From assembly GCA_000934665.2 (NCBI GenBank), contig JYFJ02002970.1:1-48138 (forward strand): a DNA stretch of 48,138 bases, read 5' to 3'. Below are positions 23,418 to 38,400 of this stretch, piece after piece; the stretch's first letter is position 1; the number at the start of each line of letters is the position of its first letter. The notes beneath the pieces were generated by a model. The model searched no databases and was not told the origin of the DNA. It saw only the letters and a program-made list of their open reading frames with translations. A program made the translations under genes and the position numbers. Source of the DNA: Catajapyx aquilonaris (taxonomy: Eukaryota).

Positions 23418-26400
23418 CTAGGATGGTCCAACTTCTTCGGTTTCCCCTAAATCTTCAACGTCTATGTCCATGGCAGTGGTCTGTGATTCTGTTAGTAGCG
23501 CTGCAGCTTCCTCCAGTGTCACCTAATTAATTAATCACACATAGAATTATTAGGTGAAAAGAGGTACATATTACACGATATTCATTTGACAATATCTGAT
23601 ACTTTCGCTATAAAATGCACATCACATCTCTCTCGTCTCCCAATAAATTACCAGAAAATATAGTAAACCATATTCACCTGAGCAGAAGTAGTCCTCTGGA
23701 AGCCTCTCCCAACTCCTCCCTCCTCATTGGAAGTTGTGTCTGCATCTCCCCTAGCCCCACTCCCACCGCCTCCTCCTCCACCTCCACTGGATTGGGAAGG
23801 TGCAGCTGGTGTTGACTCATTAGAACTCCACGGTGAATGTTCGGCCATTCGCTGTTGCAGCCACCTAACTGCCCACTGCCACCTGGCAGTAGCACGCAGG
23901 AGGAGCTCTTTTGCAGCAGCTGACCTGCCAGCCAAGGCTACCAAGAGCTTCAGGCACTGATATGCACGGCGACTGTCATTAGAGTGGTGTGATCGGAGTA
24001 GTGCTGGGGGGGATATAACAGAATAATATTAGCTCACCTAAGACACCTGTTGTAATGCTGTGGCTGCCCTAGTTCAATTCATATGCTACAGATCATGTAA
24101 CAATTTTTGCAAATATGGTGGAGAGCATTTAATTGAATGATTGAGCTTTTTACGGTGCAAAAGCAGAAACTACCGTACTACCCCAAACATGATGCTACAG
24201 TGTGCCGGCTACGCCAACCCACCCCAAGGTAGATAAGCAAGAGGTACGAAAAAAATTGCAAAGAGATAACAATCTATGGCACCTTCACGTAACGACTCAC
24301 CCAGAAGACCAGCAACATGATTACTGCCTGAATCACATCCTTCCAGTGCAATCTGTAAGCGCCACTCCTGCAATGGGTCTTGTAATATCTGTTTGGAGTT
24401 AAAGTGTGTGATTAGAAATATCCAAGAGAAAAGAAGGACATTACCTTACCAAAAATTCCAGCAAAAGTGATGATAAGTGGCGGAGCTCATGGGAAGGCAC
24501 ATTGGCATATTGCACCTGAAATGTTTCGCCAAATTAATACATTATCTAATAATTTAGCCCCAATATTGTGCCACTGAAGGTACACGATCAACCAAGAGTT
24601 AACTTATGCCATTCATTGTTTATTATTCCTAACAATAAAATCTTGGTATAGCTATCTTCAATGGTACAACCAGGTCTTAAAGGGACACTCCACTCAAAAT
24701 ACAAGTTGGCCCCCAAAAATCGGGCAAAACAATACGATTCCAACGACACCGATAATTATTTTTTCCGATGAACGATGAGCCCAGGGGAACCGGTTAATTA
24801 TGCGAATTTTGGCGATACGGTTGCAACCGTATGCTACTGTACACGACACCCTCGCCGCCTGGCGGCAGGAATGGGAAATGGAGGTGATGCCTGGCTCTGC
24901 CCGCGAATTCAAACCGGAACGTATTCGAACCGTATGCAACTGTTCACGACACCTGCGCCACCTATCGGCAGGAATTGAAAATAAAGGGGGGTCATGCCGA
25001 GAATCCAGGAGGCGAATTCCATGTCAAGCCCAATCTTGCAGCAGCTGACATGGCGGAGCAAGAAGCACCTGGTAGTGGAGATTGCAGGAGTGATTTTTGC
25101 GTTGTATGTTTTGCATTGTATGTTTTGCGTTGTGGCAGCTTCGGCATTGCCCACTTCTTGCTCTACTTCCCCCTCCGCCTCCTCCTCCTCTTCCTCCTCG
25201 TCATCGTCATTGGGGTGGTAAGTTGCAGTGTACACATGACGTGCTGCAAGTGCCTCTGCCTCATATGTGGCCACCCCGTCGTCGTCATACGGCTCACACT
25301 GGTAGGGCCGCAGGGGAGGTGCGAGGGCGCCGGGATGGACTCTGCCTGTGCCGGCCTCCGAAACATCGGGGGCACTTACACACCCGACCTTTCTGTGGTC
25401 CGCCATCCTTCTCATCAGGTTCGGCTTGAAAGCGCTCGAAGCTGGTGCGCTTGTGTTGCCTAGCGTGCCTCGCGCGGCAGTTGTTTGTTGAGCACCACCT
25501 CTACTTCTCTGGTTTGCCGCGAAATGCTGTTGTATCGCCCTTCTTAGCAGATGACGTGTGTAGATATATGATTTTCCGTGTTACCGTTGGGCGTAGAAAA
25601 AAACCGATTGCACATTCAGAATCAGGATTTTTTGCCCGATTTTTGGGGGCCAACTTGTACTTTGAGTGGAGTGTCCCTTTAAGACATTTCTCAAATCTTT
25701 GTCACATTGCACACCATAGTGACATGAATAGGAAACTGTGCTTGCATGTAATGTATATGGAAGGCCTGCATCCCCCAGACCTTAAATATTTGAGGCGTCG
25801 GCGGGAAAAACCCCATTAGTCACACTGAGGTAGTTTTGAGAAAAACACGAAAAACTGCTTGGACATATGGGGATTTTACGGAAACCCTATATTTTCAGCA
25901 TTTATTTTTAGGTGTTGTGTGGGGTTTTTCCGGTTGACAATCGTATGCTCCTGTAGCTAGATGGCTGCACTGTCCAGCTGTTATTTTATCCCGAAAATGA
26001 ATATTTTGGACTTATGGGGTTTTTCCCGCCGACGCCTCATTTGTCCTCTGCGGTAAATTTGTTAAAAAACCAACTTACTAGGCATTCAGTAAGAAGCACA
26101 GATGAAAATCTCTCAGAGCAAAAGGATGCCTGCACCAGCATGTCAGTGACAACCACAACACTGGGGCCCAGCTCTCGGCAGGCCCTCACTCCTTCCACTG
26201 CAAATAGGGGCGCCAGGGATCCCCGAAGGACAGCCTCCACATCTGAAGGGAGCTGCAAGAGTGCCATATCCTCCTGCAGCCTGCATGTACATGGTTGCCT
26301 TGGGAGAACACCATCAGCGCCTGCAATGAGCAATATGCGTGTCAACTGTCAATCATTTCCAAAGTATCCTAAGTAACAAGATCACACATTACGACATTTA

Positions 26401-29400
26401 CCACCTCCTTCCCCTAGGATTATAAAAAATATGACAAAACATTAACACAATTTAAATAAAACTTAAGGACAGAGCAAGTAGTACTTACTGCATGTATAAA
26501 GAGGAGTTAGGTCACAAGCAAGTACAAGAGCAGCCATGATGCGGTGGACATCAGCAAAATCTCGAAGCTGCAGAGAGGTCCACCGTCGAGAAGGAGTTGG
26601 ATGAGTGGTATCCAGAATACGGGGTCCCAGAAGGAATGTCAGCAGGCGACGGAAAGCTCCCTTCTGGAGGAGATGGCCACACTGGGCTATACCCTGCAAC
26701 AAGTTACAAAGGTCAGACCTGCCAACTTGTTTTTAAGTACGGAAAAACTTACTAATTGTGCGTAGGTCAGCAAGAGAGAGAAGAATTGGCCAGCTGTACG
26801 CCAGCTTTCAGGTACATCGAATTCCAGCAGGTGGAGAAGGTGGTCAATCAGAAGATCCAAGTTAGGGTCACCCTAGACAAGGAAAGAGAAAATATTAATT
26901 GCTATTGCACTTGTATGCCCCACATTGTGCTTTGGCTTATTCTACTAAACTTTAACGACACCACACCACTTCTAATCACTTGCTAATCATGTGATCATAC
27001 AGGATACAATGTAGTAGTACAAAGATGCCACTTTCACTCACTCCAATCACTTGCAAAACTGAGCAGTTGAACTAGAACCTGCAGTTCTGAAGTCATGAGT
27101 CAATGGAGTGAATACCAGCAAAGCCTTTAAATTGTGCTTTGAAATCATTGCATGTTTCAGAACCTAACATCTGAGAGTCCTGTTAAGTTTGGAACTAGTA
27201 CTTGTGCAACCCATCTTCCAATTTACCACATTCATGCCGTGCTGGAAGAAGGCCCGCAAGACACCCTCCAGCAGCTGTGCAAAATGCATCCTCACTTCAG
27301 CTAGGGGGCACTCCAATAGGAAAGGCCTGCCAAACAATTAAAATGGCTTTTAATTATTACGATTCCAGTCCTTCTTCCACAGCTACCACCTCAGATGATG
27401 CTGTCCTTCCTCTCCGGATAGGTAGCCTAGAACCCAGCAGCATGCAGGTTGGCTGCCTTTCACAGCTGCCTCCATTATCCTCAGCCAGTCTTCCATTTCC
27501 ACTGAATTGCACAGCTTGGTGTGGCAGTAAGTGTTGAGCAGAAAGTGTGCCCCAAGCTCTGCTGCATGTGTGACAACCCCATCACTGTATTGGGTCTGGG
27601 TCTCCTGCGACTGCTGGAGGCAGGTGCAGCACAATTCCTTCACAAACTGACAGTACCCAGGACAAAACACATCACGTCCACGCATGAACCTCAGATTGGC
27701 CTCTTGCACTGCCTGAGCTACCCGCTGGGATGTCACTGGTTCTGAGAACAGACCCTGCCGCTCCCCTTGGCACAGAAGGGCTGACAGCTGGCTCAAGCTA
27801 TCACCACGACGGCCTGGTGGTCGAGGGCTGGCACTGTTATTGGGGGAAAGCCAAATTTCATGTTTTTGGACCTAGACTCAACTCCATGCAGTTTTGAATG
27901 ATTGGTAAAGTACTTAGGTGTCCATCAACTGGCTAATATCCCTAAAGCCAAACATGCAAAACTCCAAATGAAACTCATAAACCTATCCCACTGCAAATAT
28001 CTTCCCTCCCGCAGTCCCATCACAGAATTGGTGCCCCATGGCAGGACATGCCAATAAGCCCTTTGGCACCCCTCAAAACTAGATCATTCCACTGTTCAAA
28101 TGTCTGAGTAAAAACATTGATGTTGTGGCATCTGCATCATCCCGTACTCAGAAACCAAAAGAGTCAACACAATAACACACAAGTGAGCACTCACTTGGAG
28201 TTTCCTCGGAATGATTTGCTTCGGCCAGCAGTCCCTCTCCTTGGGGTGTGCACAGTTTCACACCTCTCGTAGAGCAGCATGTAAGCATTCCAGTAGCGCT
28301 GGCGTTCCTCTGGCAAGGAGCACCCAACTGTAAGTTACAAGTTCAGCTTCCGTATTAAAATATGCTAAAACGTGTGCCTCTCAACACAAACAAATGAAAC
28401 AGAAAATGGTAGGGATTGTCAGTGATTGGAAAAATAATGTTTTCTCTCTCTTTTTGTAATTTCCAATTTTGTTCAGCTTGGAAGAGGGAAGAACTGGGAA
28501 GCAATTGCACACGCTTCCATACTTACCTCCAGTGGGTGTAACTTTAGCTCTGTATGTACCTCCAAAGCACTCTGCCTCTAGCATGGCATCATCCATTTGG
28601 CACTCCTCTACAGTGGTGTCATTGAACTTGAACCACTTCCCTTTGTTTGGAAGACACAGGGACTCACACCTTAAAATGAACAAGCCATCATTAAGGCACA
28701 CTTGCATTTAAATTAAGAAATCATGTTCATTTGATTCCTTTAAATATGAATAATTCACATGCAACACGGTTTTGATCACATCTGAACAGGTCTACATAAA
28801 TGGAATTTTCGTGTTGCCAAAAGTGGTGGTATAACTAGCATCAATATTTATGTGGGCAACATTTTCTTATAAAATTTCCCAAACGTAGAAAACTGCAGGA
28901 ATCCCAGTGACGAAAATAAGAGAGTGAATAACATCAACGTTTAAGACCAAAAGCAAATTACTTATCTTAAGGGTGGCATTATTCATTACCTGCACTTTAA
29001 AAATTATTATTATTAGCTTGTTTGCTTATTTTTCAGGATGCAGTAAAAGCCTCAAGGCAGATTCCTTACCTGCGTTCTTTGATGAATGAGTAGTAGTGTC
29101 CAGCACTGGCCTGTCCACTATGAACCACGACACCCACAAGCTCATAATTACTGCCAGTACCATCCACTGTGTAGCGTCCAAGGTCCAACTCCCATGGAAA
29201 CTATGGTAATTCATATTTTATCATTTACACTGCACACAAAAGCAAGTTATGACAATTCATGCGGTACCTCACCTGAAAGTAATCATCAAATTTGAGAGAC
29301 CTCCCTGCCTCCCAGTCATAATGGAAGCGCTTGAGCTGTATGACCAGGGTTGGGGGAAGGCTCTTGAGACTGAGATGTTTGACAGCAGTCCTCTTGCAGC

Positions 29401-32400
29401 CACACTTCTCACAGAAGTAGGCATTATCACCTTCTAAGAGCTCTTCCTTCACAAACTGTGCTAATGACTCCTCTAATACATGACTCTTCACTGTTAGGTT
29501 CAGAGCCAGGAAAGACTCCTCATGTGTGTATCTGACAAATCACAAAAACAAATTGTGTGAGAATGCAATAACGGATGGTAAAAAAAAGACGAACCTGTGA
29601 GGGCAGTCTCTGCATATCTTCTGGTCCAAAAATATTCCTTGGAAGCGTGGTTGGAAGACCTTGTTGCATCCATTTTTGGCTAGATATTCATCAACTTCAT
29701 CCACCAGATGAGTGAAGAACTCAAATGCATCTGGAATTATTTTAAAAAGTGGATTAAATCGTGCTTTGTTGCCTGTGTTGCTTTCTTATTCAGTATGCAG
29801 TACTGCCTATTTTAATCAAGTTTTCTAGAGGATTATGGTTACATCGCTCTTTTCATGACCATGATAATATTTCCAAATCACTCTGCATTCCAATTTGCTG
29901 ACATGACACTAAATACAGTGCATCATCTCGTCTGAACAAAACTGCAGTACAACTAAATTCAGTAATGAACATAAAGGAAGCATTAGGTTCAAAATGGCCC
30001 AGAGCCAGCTAATAACTAATTTTTACAATGACAATGAGAAAGGGATAATTAACTGTGATGCTGATCCCAGACCTCCCCCTTCCTCCTTTGCCCCTCTTTG
30101 ATCCAATCAGAAACTAAAAATGTTGCTAAATTCTACAACTCACCCTGCTGCTCTCGAACATTAACAGGTCGACCTTTCAGGCGCAGACTGTGCCAAAACT
30201 GCTCTGGTACATAGAATTGAAGCCGAGACTCCATTAAATGACCCATGATCATTTGCATCTGATAGAAAAGACTAAGACAGAAAATATAGAATCAATAATA
30301 TACACTGTACAATTACTTTGATTTAACTCAGAAGGAATCTTCATTCATTTATGTAATCTGTAAGCATGCATTTCCTGTTAAATGAAAATGTACCTCTTGC
30401 ACATATTCACTGTTTTTTCTCTCCATTTGTTTAGTGAATACTATTCACAGTCAGTGCTCATTATATGAAAGTCAATGTGAAGAACTTACCTCCCCTCATC
30501 AACAGTCTCATCAGGAACAGCCAAGATTGACTCCTTGACCCCCGGAACCATGAACAGATGCTGCAGGATAGAGTTCATGTAGCAGGTAGCGCCTGCATTC
30601 TTCAGCCCAACATAGCCACACATGGCCCGACTCTCCAGCTGTGGTTCAAACTCAAACTCACGGGCCAGTTCAGGACTATACTGATGGTGCATGGTGATCA
30701 ACTGACCACACAGGAGAGCCACATTTGCTGCAGAACCTCTGGTCATCTCCACCAAAAGGTCATACGCTGCACCACGTGTTAAAAGGGAATCACATTTTGG
30801 CAAATGCAAGGGAGCTTCAGAGGGGCTGGAGGTTTGGGAGGCAGGGAACAGGAAGGTGCTTAGAAGGCTGGAGATTAAAGGGGGGCCAAGCTTGTCCTTG
30901 GAAGCACCCTCGCACGTCATAAGACTGCGGGTCAGCATCAGGTGGCCTCGAAGCAATGGATCCCCACCAGGACCAGGGCTGAAGTTTGCCAGCCAGCTCT
31001 GCTCATCATCCAGAAGGCGTGACAGTTCCACTTGCCCGACGTTCTGTTCTGTTTCTGGTTGAAAAAGAAGAAGCAACGGAGTGAGTGATGGGCAGATCGA
31101 AAAACCACTGACCACTTCAGACATTTCAAATGGTACACAGAGTTCTTAACACTGTTTTTATGCAAATGTGCAATGTCTCAAGGAGATATATTCTTTCTCA
31201 GTGAAACACACTCACCAGAGAGCCCTTCAAGCAGGCCTGCCAGGAGGTTGAAATACTCCTCGCATTGGCCAATGAGCCTCTGCGTGGTTCCCCTGGCTGT
31301 GGGTGATGTGACCCACAAGGGAACTGGTGCCTTCAGGAGCACCTGAAGCAGAAACAGCCTTGGGGGAATACTGCCACATCTTCTGACACTTCCATCCATA
31401 ATGGGTCCGTTCACATCTTCCAAGCTGATCTTGCTGAGGTCTTGAAGCATTCGACCTGCTGTCCCCCTCACTTTGACACATGCAGACCCAAGAACTGTGT
31501 CCACTAAAAAGTCACGCAACGTTGTCAAGGAGAGGAAGATGGTGATCAGGTCTGGTCTCTTCTGCAACCAAGTACCCAACAGTTCCAGAGCCAGGCGAGC
31601 CAAGAGAGAGTCCTCACTAGACAGATGCCTCTGCTGTGCACACACTCCAGCGTGGAGAAAGTTTGCCTCACTCTCACTGCCACTGCTGGCACTGCTCCCT
31701 GCAAAATAATAGTGTTAGCTTGATTCTTGCACAATTGCTTAGGCATATAAAACCTAATTCCCCCATGTATGGGCATTTGCCTAACTGGGTACACAAATAA
31801 AATAATAATAATAATAATAATAATATAAAACCTAATTAGTTTTATTAATGCCCAAATGCAGGCTAACTGTGCCATTATTGTGACAAAAGCCAACTCACCT
31901 GTGCTGCTTTGCCTCACAGATGACATTGAAAGCAAGGGTGAATCCCTCTGTGGCGTGGAGACTGAGGCCAGCTGAAGGTGCCCAGCAGCAGCAGCCCAAG
32001 CAACACGTACGAGGCAGTTCACTATTCTGGAGGCCAGGTTAGGGTCTTCCAGCTTATCCAAATTCAGTGGTGGTTGGGTTGCATCTCCCACTAGAAGATG
32101 CCTGATTAACACAAAAAAAAATTAATGCAGGGCACTGACAAAACTTAATTTCACACAGTGAAGCACGGGTTCTTTTAAAATTAGTCACTCACCTAAGAAG
32201 CTGCAGAGCAATCAGGCAGCATAATTGTCTGAGATCTGCTGCTCCTTCTATTGGTAGGGCATCGCCTCCAAGTAAGGAGAGAAGCACATGCAATCCCCCT
32301 GCTTGGATAAATGCCACCCAACAACGAATGTGCTCATCATTAGATCCTCCTTCTTCCACAGGAAGTAGCTTGCCAGAAAGGACCTCAAGATTGTACAGAA

Positions 32401-35400
32401 CACGAAAGGAAGACGTTCCCTCACTAGAGGAAGAGGAAGCATCGAACAGGTGACGAAGGGCGTCTGGGTCAGGAGGAGGAGGTTTTACTGGCTTCGAAGG
32501 AGAACGTCCTTTCTGAGGGGAAGCTGATGGAGTAGATGGAGAGGAGCGTGATGGAGGGAACAACACCACCTCTATTGCCTCCATCACAGTTGAGTCGGTT
32601 GGCAAGAGATGAAGTAGCTGCCTTACTGATGCCGTTACCCTGGTGAAGCACAAAAGAAGAGAAGACATTGTTATTGAAATATAATTTCCAATTATATTTT
32701 TGATGTTGACATTAAATACAGCTAAATTACTAACCGTGCATCCCCAAGGGATGCTAGGTGGAAAAGGAGGTCAAAGAGGCTGGAAGTGGTGGCCATGATG
32801 ACACCAGGAAGTTGCTTCTCTTGCTCCAGGTTGCCACTCTGCCTTCCTCCCGACACCGTGGTGCTCTCCTCATCCCAATTTTCCTCCACCAGCAAAACCA
32901 AAGTTGAAAATTGAATATTAATTGCCTAATATTATTCCAATATATAAATGCAGACAGCAAAAATGATCCTTCCTGGGAGAGATTTTGTGGTATACCAAGA
33001 TAATATTTAGTAGAAGCTATCATGATATTAGATTACAAAGTGACACTTAGAAAGAACTGAGTAGTGAAAATCTGGCCTTGAAGGTTGAGAACATGCAATT
33101 ATTTTAAAAAAAATTATTTTAAAATAGGTACATAAGGCAAAAACTGACTTTGTCAGCTACAACACTTTGCAGGGACACCAGTATTTCCTCCGATGCGTGC
33201 TCAGAACCTTGAATTAGAAGAATCTCACCTCCTGCACATGCACACCAGTGGCCACAATTGTGGGTGTATTCCTCACAATCCACCCTATTTCTTCTTGGCA
33301 GCCTAGCTGATTCAGCATCTTCAGGTCTTCAGAGGGTTCCAGAAGCTGCTCACATCTCCCACCTGGCTGTATTCCCACACCTCCTGATCCAGAACCACCA
33401 GTGTACCAGTAAAATTGCAGGTGGTCTGGTGTCAGCACAAGTTCATTCATGATTCTCTGCTTTACGGACTTGACTGTTTCAGTCCCATGACAGTCTATCC
33501 ACAGTTCTGACCCAGGAGGCTCAAGGAGGAGATGCAAACGAACTGGACGCCCTCTGAAGGTAGTACCATGAGGGGGAAGGGTGCGGTTTCCACTGAATGA
33601 CTCCTCAGCAGCTGTCACGTAGTTTTGGGCCAGCATCAGTAGCCGATTCACATGCTGCATGCACGATGTTCTGAAAAAGTTTGGTGCCATACTTAGCGCT
33701 ATGCCAGTACATGGGAAATAAAAACTAGCAGGCACATAATTACTCCTTCCCTCTCACTTTCATGCAATATTCCCAATTAACTGTGAAATGCTATCTCTCA
33801 ACTTTGACAATAATAATTCAATGGATTACATTTGTAACTCATTCACATCAATACAGTCACATGTCACAACGATGTCACAATAGCTCACTGGTTACCTCAA
33901 GACGACCCCATCTGATCCCAAAATGGACCATGGAATGTAAAAAAAGAGACCGTAAGCCATGGAGATCTCATCATAAATATGACACACTGCAATCATCAAA
34001 AATGCACTCTTGCAAATCAACATTAAAAATCCCGTATTCCAATGACATCAGAATTTGCAAAATGTGATATACTGGTTTCATAATTGAAATATATTGACAA
34101 TGCAATGGGAAGAAAATATTTATTGCATGTGTAATGTATAGAAATGTAGCACAGCTCTATTCCCAACTCAATTAGCAAGTTTCTTCGGCACTGCATATTA
34201 CAGTGCGGGACATTAATGGTGTCATACTGGTGGCACCACGAGCTGCAGGTGGCAAAAGAGAGGTTTGAAGTGATGAATTAGCAACCAATACATCACTTCG
34301 ATTTGCATTTTTGCCACCAGTACGACAGCATTGATGTCCAGCACTGTACGTGAGTGGCTGCCCTAGGACAATTTCAAAATCCAAGTGCTTCTTTGGGAAT
34401 AACCTGTACACCCTGGCTACTGACCTAGTGGGAGATGAGAGAGAAGATGAGTTGACCACAGCAGTTAATGTCTTTGTGGCACTGGTTACAGCAGTAGTGA
34501 CCACGGTGTCACCCACTTGGCACAGGCTAGCCTGCAAAAGACATTCTCAACATGTACTTTCAAAAACCCTCCAAACAGTTTCTGAAATATTAATTTTTCT
34601 CTCCTGACCTTCAGTCTTCGGTCACACTCGCTAATAAATTTCTGATGCTGGTTAATGATCTTCAGGTTCGATCTAGCATTCATGTGCCGCAAAACTTGAC
34701 TCATGAGCAGATCAACAGCATGCTGAGCTATGGCTTCCGAGGGGGACTCAAGTAAGAGAGACCACACCATATCCAGGCCAATTGGATCCTGACGCTCCAC
34801 AGTCTGAAAATAGTGTTGTTGAGAGTAGGGAGAGCAATGCACATTTAACACTGTCATCAAATTACACTTAGTGATCTGCTTCACATCACATTAACTCACA
34901 ATCTGTTGACTGATGCGCCTGAACCGTGTGTCACTAGTATTTACAACCTCAAAAAAGTTCCGGAAGCAATAAAATCCTTGTAAACTGAGACTAGCTGGTT
35001 CAAGCCTCAGGAGTTTCTCTGTAAAAAGCTGGTGCTGAGTCTCAGTCTGAAGATCAGGAAGACACTGTCCTAGCCATCGGAAGCAAGCCTGAAATTGGAC
35101 AGAAATGTATTGTAAAAAATCCTTTGCAGTGGGAGAATTTATCGTGCTGAAACACCAGGAGCAACTGACCTCTCTATCGGCTTCACATGCATGAGGATTG
35201 GCAATTAGGGTATCCCAGAGCTCCTCACAATGTCCCCAAATCAGGTACATCTCCACCTCTTTGAGAAGAAACTGGATAAAGTCCAGGTGTCCAGACATCA
35301 ACACTCCATGTGTCAACCCTCCATCAAGCTGAGTTTGCAGGGTTAGAGGCTGCCCATGGGCCAATGCAGCATGGACACTCTTCTGGTGGCAGCGGCTCAA

Positions 35401-38400
35401 GCTGCTTGTCACCAGCTGCATCATCTCACACTTACGACTCAGCTCATAGAGAAGTGACTGTGAATTGGGAGACCAGGATTACATCATCACAAAACTACCT
35501 GATGGGCTATCACTACAGCAAATAAAATTAATTTTCAGGTTCAACCATAGGCCATCATTCAAGGGCATTCCTACACCCAATAATTCAATGGCCCAGTCAG
35601 TTTTGCTGCTCTGAACTTTGGGGCAGTCCTAAAACTCCCACTGTCATATTTCTGGACTGTTTACAAACAGGCACTCCCTGGGCAGACTGGGCCAATGCAA
35701 AATGGCAGGCAGCAAGATTACGCCCCTTTTACACTACCATTGGATCTGGATCGAAACTAGTCCCTAGCACCAAACAGATGCTGCATTCTGGTGTAGTCCC
35801 GGGGCTACATCAGAACCAAAAGAACACCACCAGGCTGCTCAGAACTAGTTTGGAGCAGCCAAACATGCAGGGCTAATTACTTAAAAAAAGATCAATTCAC
35901 CTTGTCTGGTTTGTGAACTCCTGATCCTTTGGCCAGGCATTTGACCATGTTGTGCAGGTGCATCAGTGATGGGTAGACATTGGTGCCCTTCTGAATGTCA
36001 TCTACACACTTCCCCATGTACAGTCTGCACATCTGAAGAGCAAAAAAAGGGAATCCAGGTGTTGTCAAAAAGTAATGACCTTTTTCTGGCCTGCTTACCT
36101 GTAAAATCATTTCTCTCCACTTTTCAAACTCCTGGGAACATCAAGCAACACACAAATAACTAAATAGCCTGCATGCCCTTTCATGAAATCTCTCAAAAAA
36201 GTAGTGATTATTTTACAAGCATGTTAACCTAGTGAGCAAGTTCCCAGCCAATCACATCATACCGTATTTTAGTATTTATAATTAATCAACACTGCAAGTT
36301 GCCTCCCATGAAATAATGTCAATTCCTCCAAAGCTAGTGCTACATGCAACTGTTGGTTTTAAAGAACCTCATTCCAGCACTTCATATCAATATATTGTTA
36401 CCAGCTCTGCTTTTAAAAAGTATCTATCTTGAGCCATTTATAAGCAGAATACCAATATTTCCCAGATGGAGCTATCTGCTACAGCATTATTATCACTACT
36501 CAGCAAATAGGTAAACTACCTCAACTGTCTCTACATATTTCGCTTCTATTTACAGAAATCAAAATGGGTGCTCTTAATCCGTGAAATGCAGAAGTGAGGC
36601 TACTGTGTGCTTTATAGATCTGAGGGTTTCTAAGCGAAGGCTGATCAAGTATGTCAATGCAGCTGAGAATCAAATGGAAAAGGCTGGGGGAGGCCCAAAA
36701 TTCTACATAGGCAATGTGAAAAATCTATCTACAGCAGAGTATCTTCATTATGTAACATTTTCCATACTTCACATAATCCTGATAAATGTGACAAATATAC
36801 ACTGAAAATCCGCATATGGGAACTAACACAAGTTCAGTGCTGGACACAATCATGCTGTATCCAGGATTCCCTTTCAGACAGGGTTCACATTAATAGGAAA
36901 CCCAAAATGTGGCTGAGAATCCCTGCTGCAGGCAAACAATGTATCTTTAAAATTAATTATATTACATACAATATAAAAAAGCTAATGACACTTTTTAGTT
37001 GCCCATGTTTTGCTGCCCATTCATTATTTGAAATACTTTGTAGACTAAAGACCCTCTTAAATACCAGACTTTTTTTTCCCAGAAATCTGCCGAAACAGCA
37101 CGGGAATAGCAGGGAGGATGGACAATGGATTGTGAGATGATACATGAATGTACACATATGCCAGAGTGATCAGCATAGAGTCTGTGTGAATGGGCCTTAA
37201 ATCACCAACTCATTAAATGTAAATTTCCATCCTCTACGTCTAATTTCAAGGAGCTGAGTAACTACTTGATACCAGACTGGATTGAACTGAGGTACATTTT
37301 GTTCCATCTCCATCAGCTTACAACCTGTACGTTAGCGTGATAAAACTAATCATGTTAGTTTTACCAGCTTGCATGCAATTATAAGCTTCATAGTGTAAGT
37401 CAGGTTATGTATATCCCTGCCACATACACACACATTTTTATATTCTCACTCACCTGATCCTTGTTGCTACACTCAACGAGTGTATTGAGTAGCTCCTCCA
37501 TTGCTTTGCATGCCAGTGAGTGCCCCAAGCATGGACCATGAGCCAGCTCCCAGAGCAACTCCATGACCCTGGTGGCTGCCCTGGTGGATGCTGCTATTGT
37601 TCTTCCACCTTCCCTTCCAATCCTCCCCATGAACACTAATAGTCTCTCCCTCACACGCTCATTGCCCATTTCCCATCTCCTCTGCACCAATCCAAAAAGA
37701 TGCTCCAACTCCTTCTGAGGCAGTTTGGGCGCTGCAGCTACAAGAATGGCATGAACATTGTCTACCAATAGGCTGTCATGGCCATCCTGGAGGGCCCAGA
37801 TGCGGCTTAGTTCAGTAGCAGAAAGGCGAGGGCCAAGAAATTCCACCAGGCCACGGACTCGCTCTGAGTATTGCGGGTGATCCATGTTGCCTTCCAGGGC
37901 CATTGACAGGATCTGATTTTGGGTCATCCACTCAAGGACTAGCGAGGGGTTGACCACTGCAGAGCGACGAGAAGCATTGCTCTCTGACTCCTCTATCAAG
38001 CGGGTTACTTCCTGAGAATAAGAAAATTACATACTCTTAAAACTTATCCCAAGTGAAACTTATGGCAGGCACTTCAGCCAATGGGGCCGTGCAGACGGGC
38101 CAAGCTTGGCCGCGGCCATAGCCAACTTCCAGGAAGTTGGCCCGTGGCCTGGCCGTGGCATTGCTAGGCGGCCGCTAGGTGTGAACCGTCGCGGCCGTGG
38201 CCAGCCGCGGCTAAGCTTGGCCCGTCTGCACGGCTCCAATATTCCAGTTCCCTTCCATTTCTTTTAGTCACTGACAAAAGCCTAATAACTCATTATTTGG
38301 GGACTCAATTTAAATTATCCATCTAGTGGCACATACTCACATTGATGTCAGACCACTATACAGGGTGGTCGGTAAATGGCGCACATGCTTCAGGTAGCGA

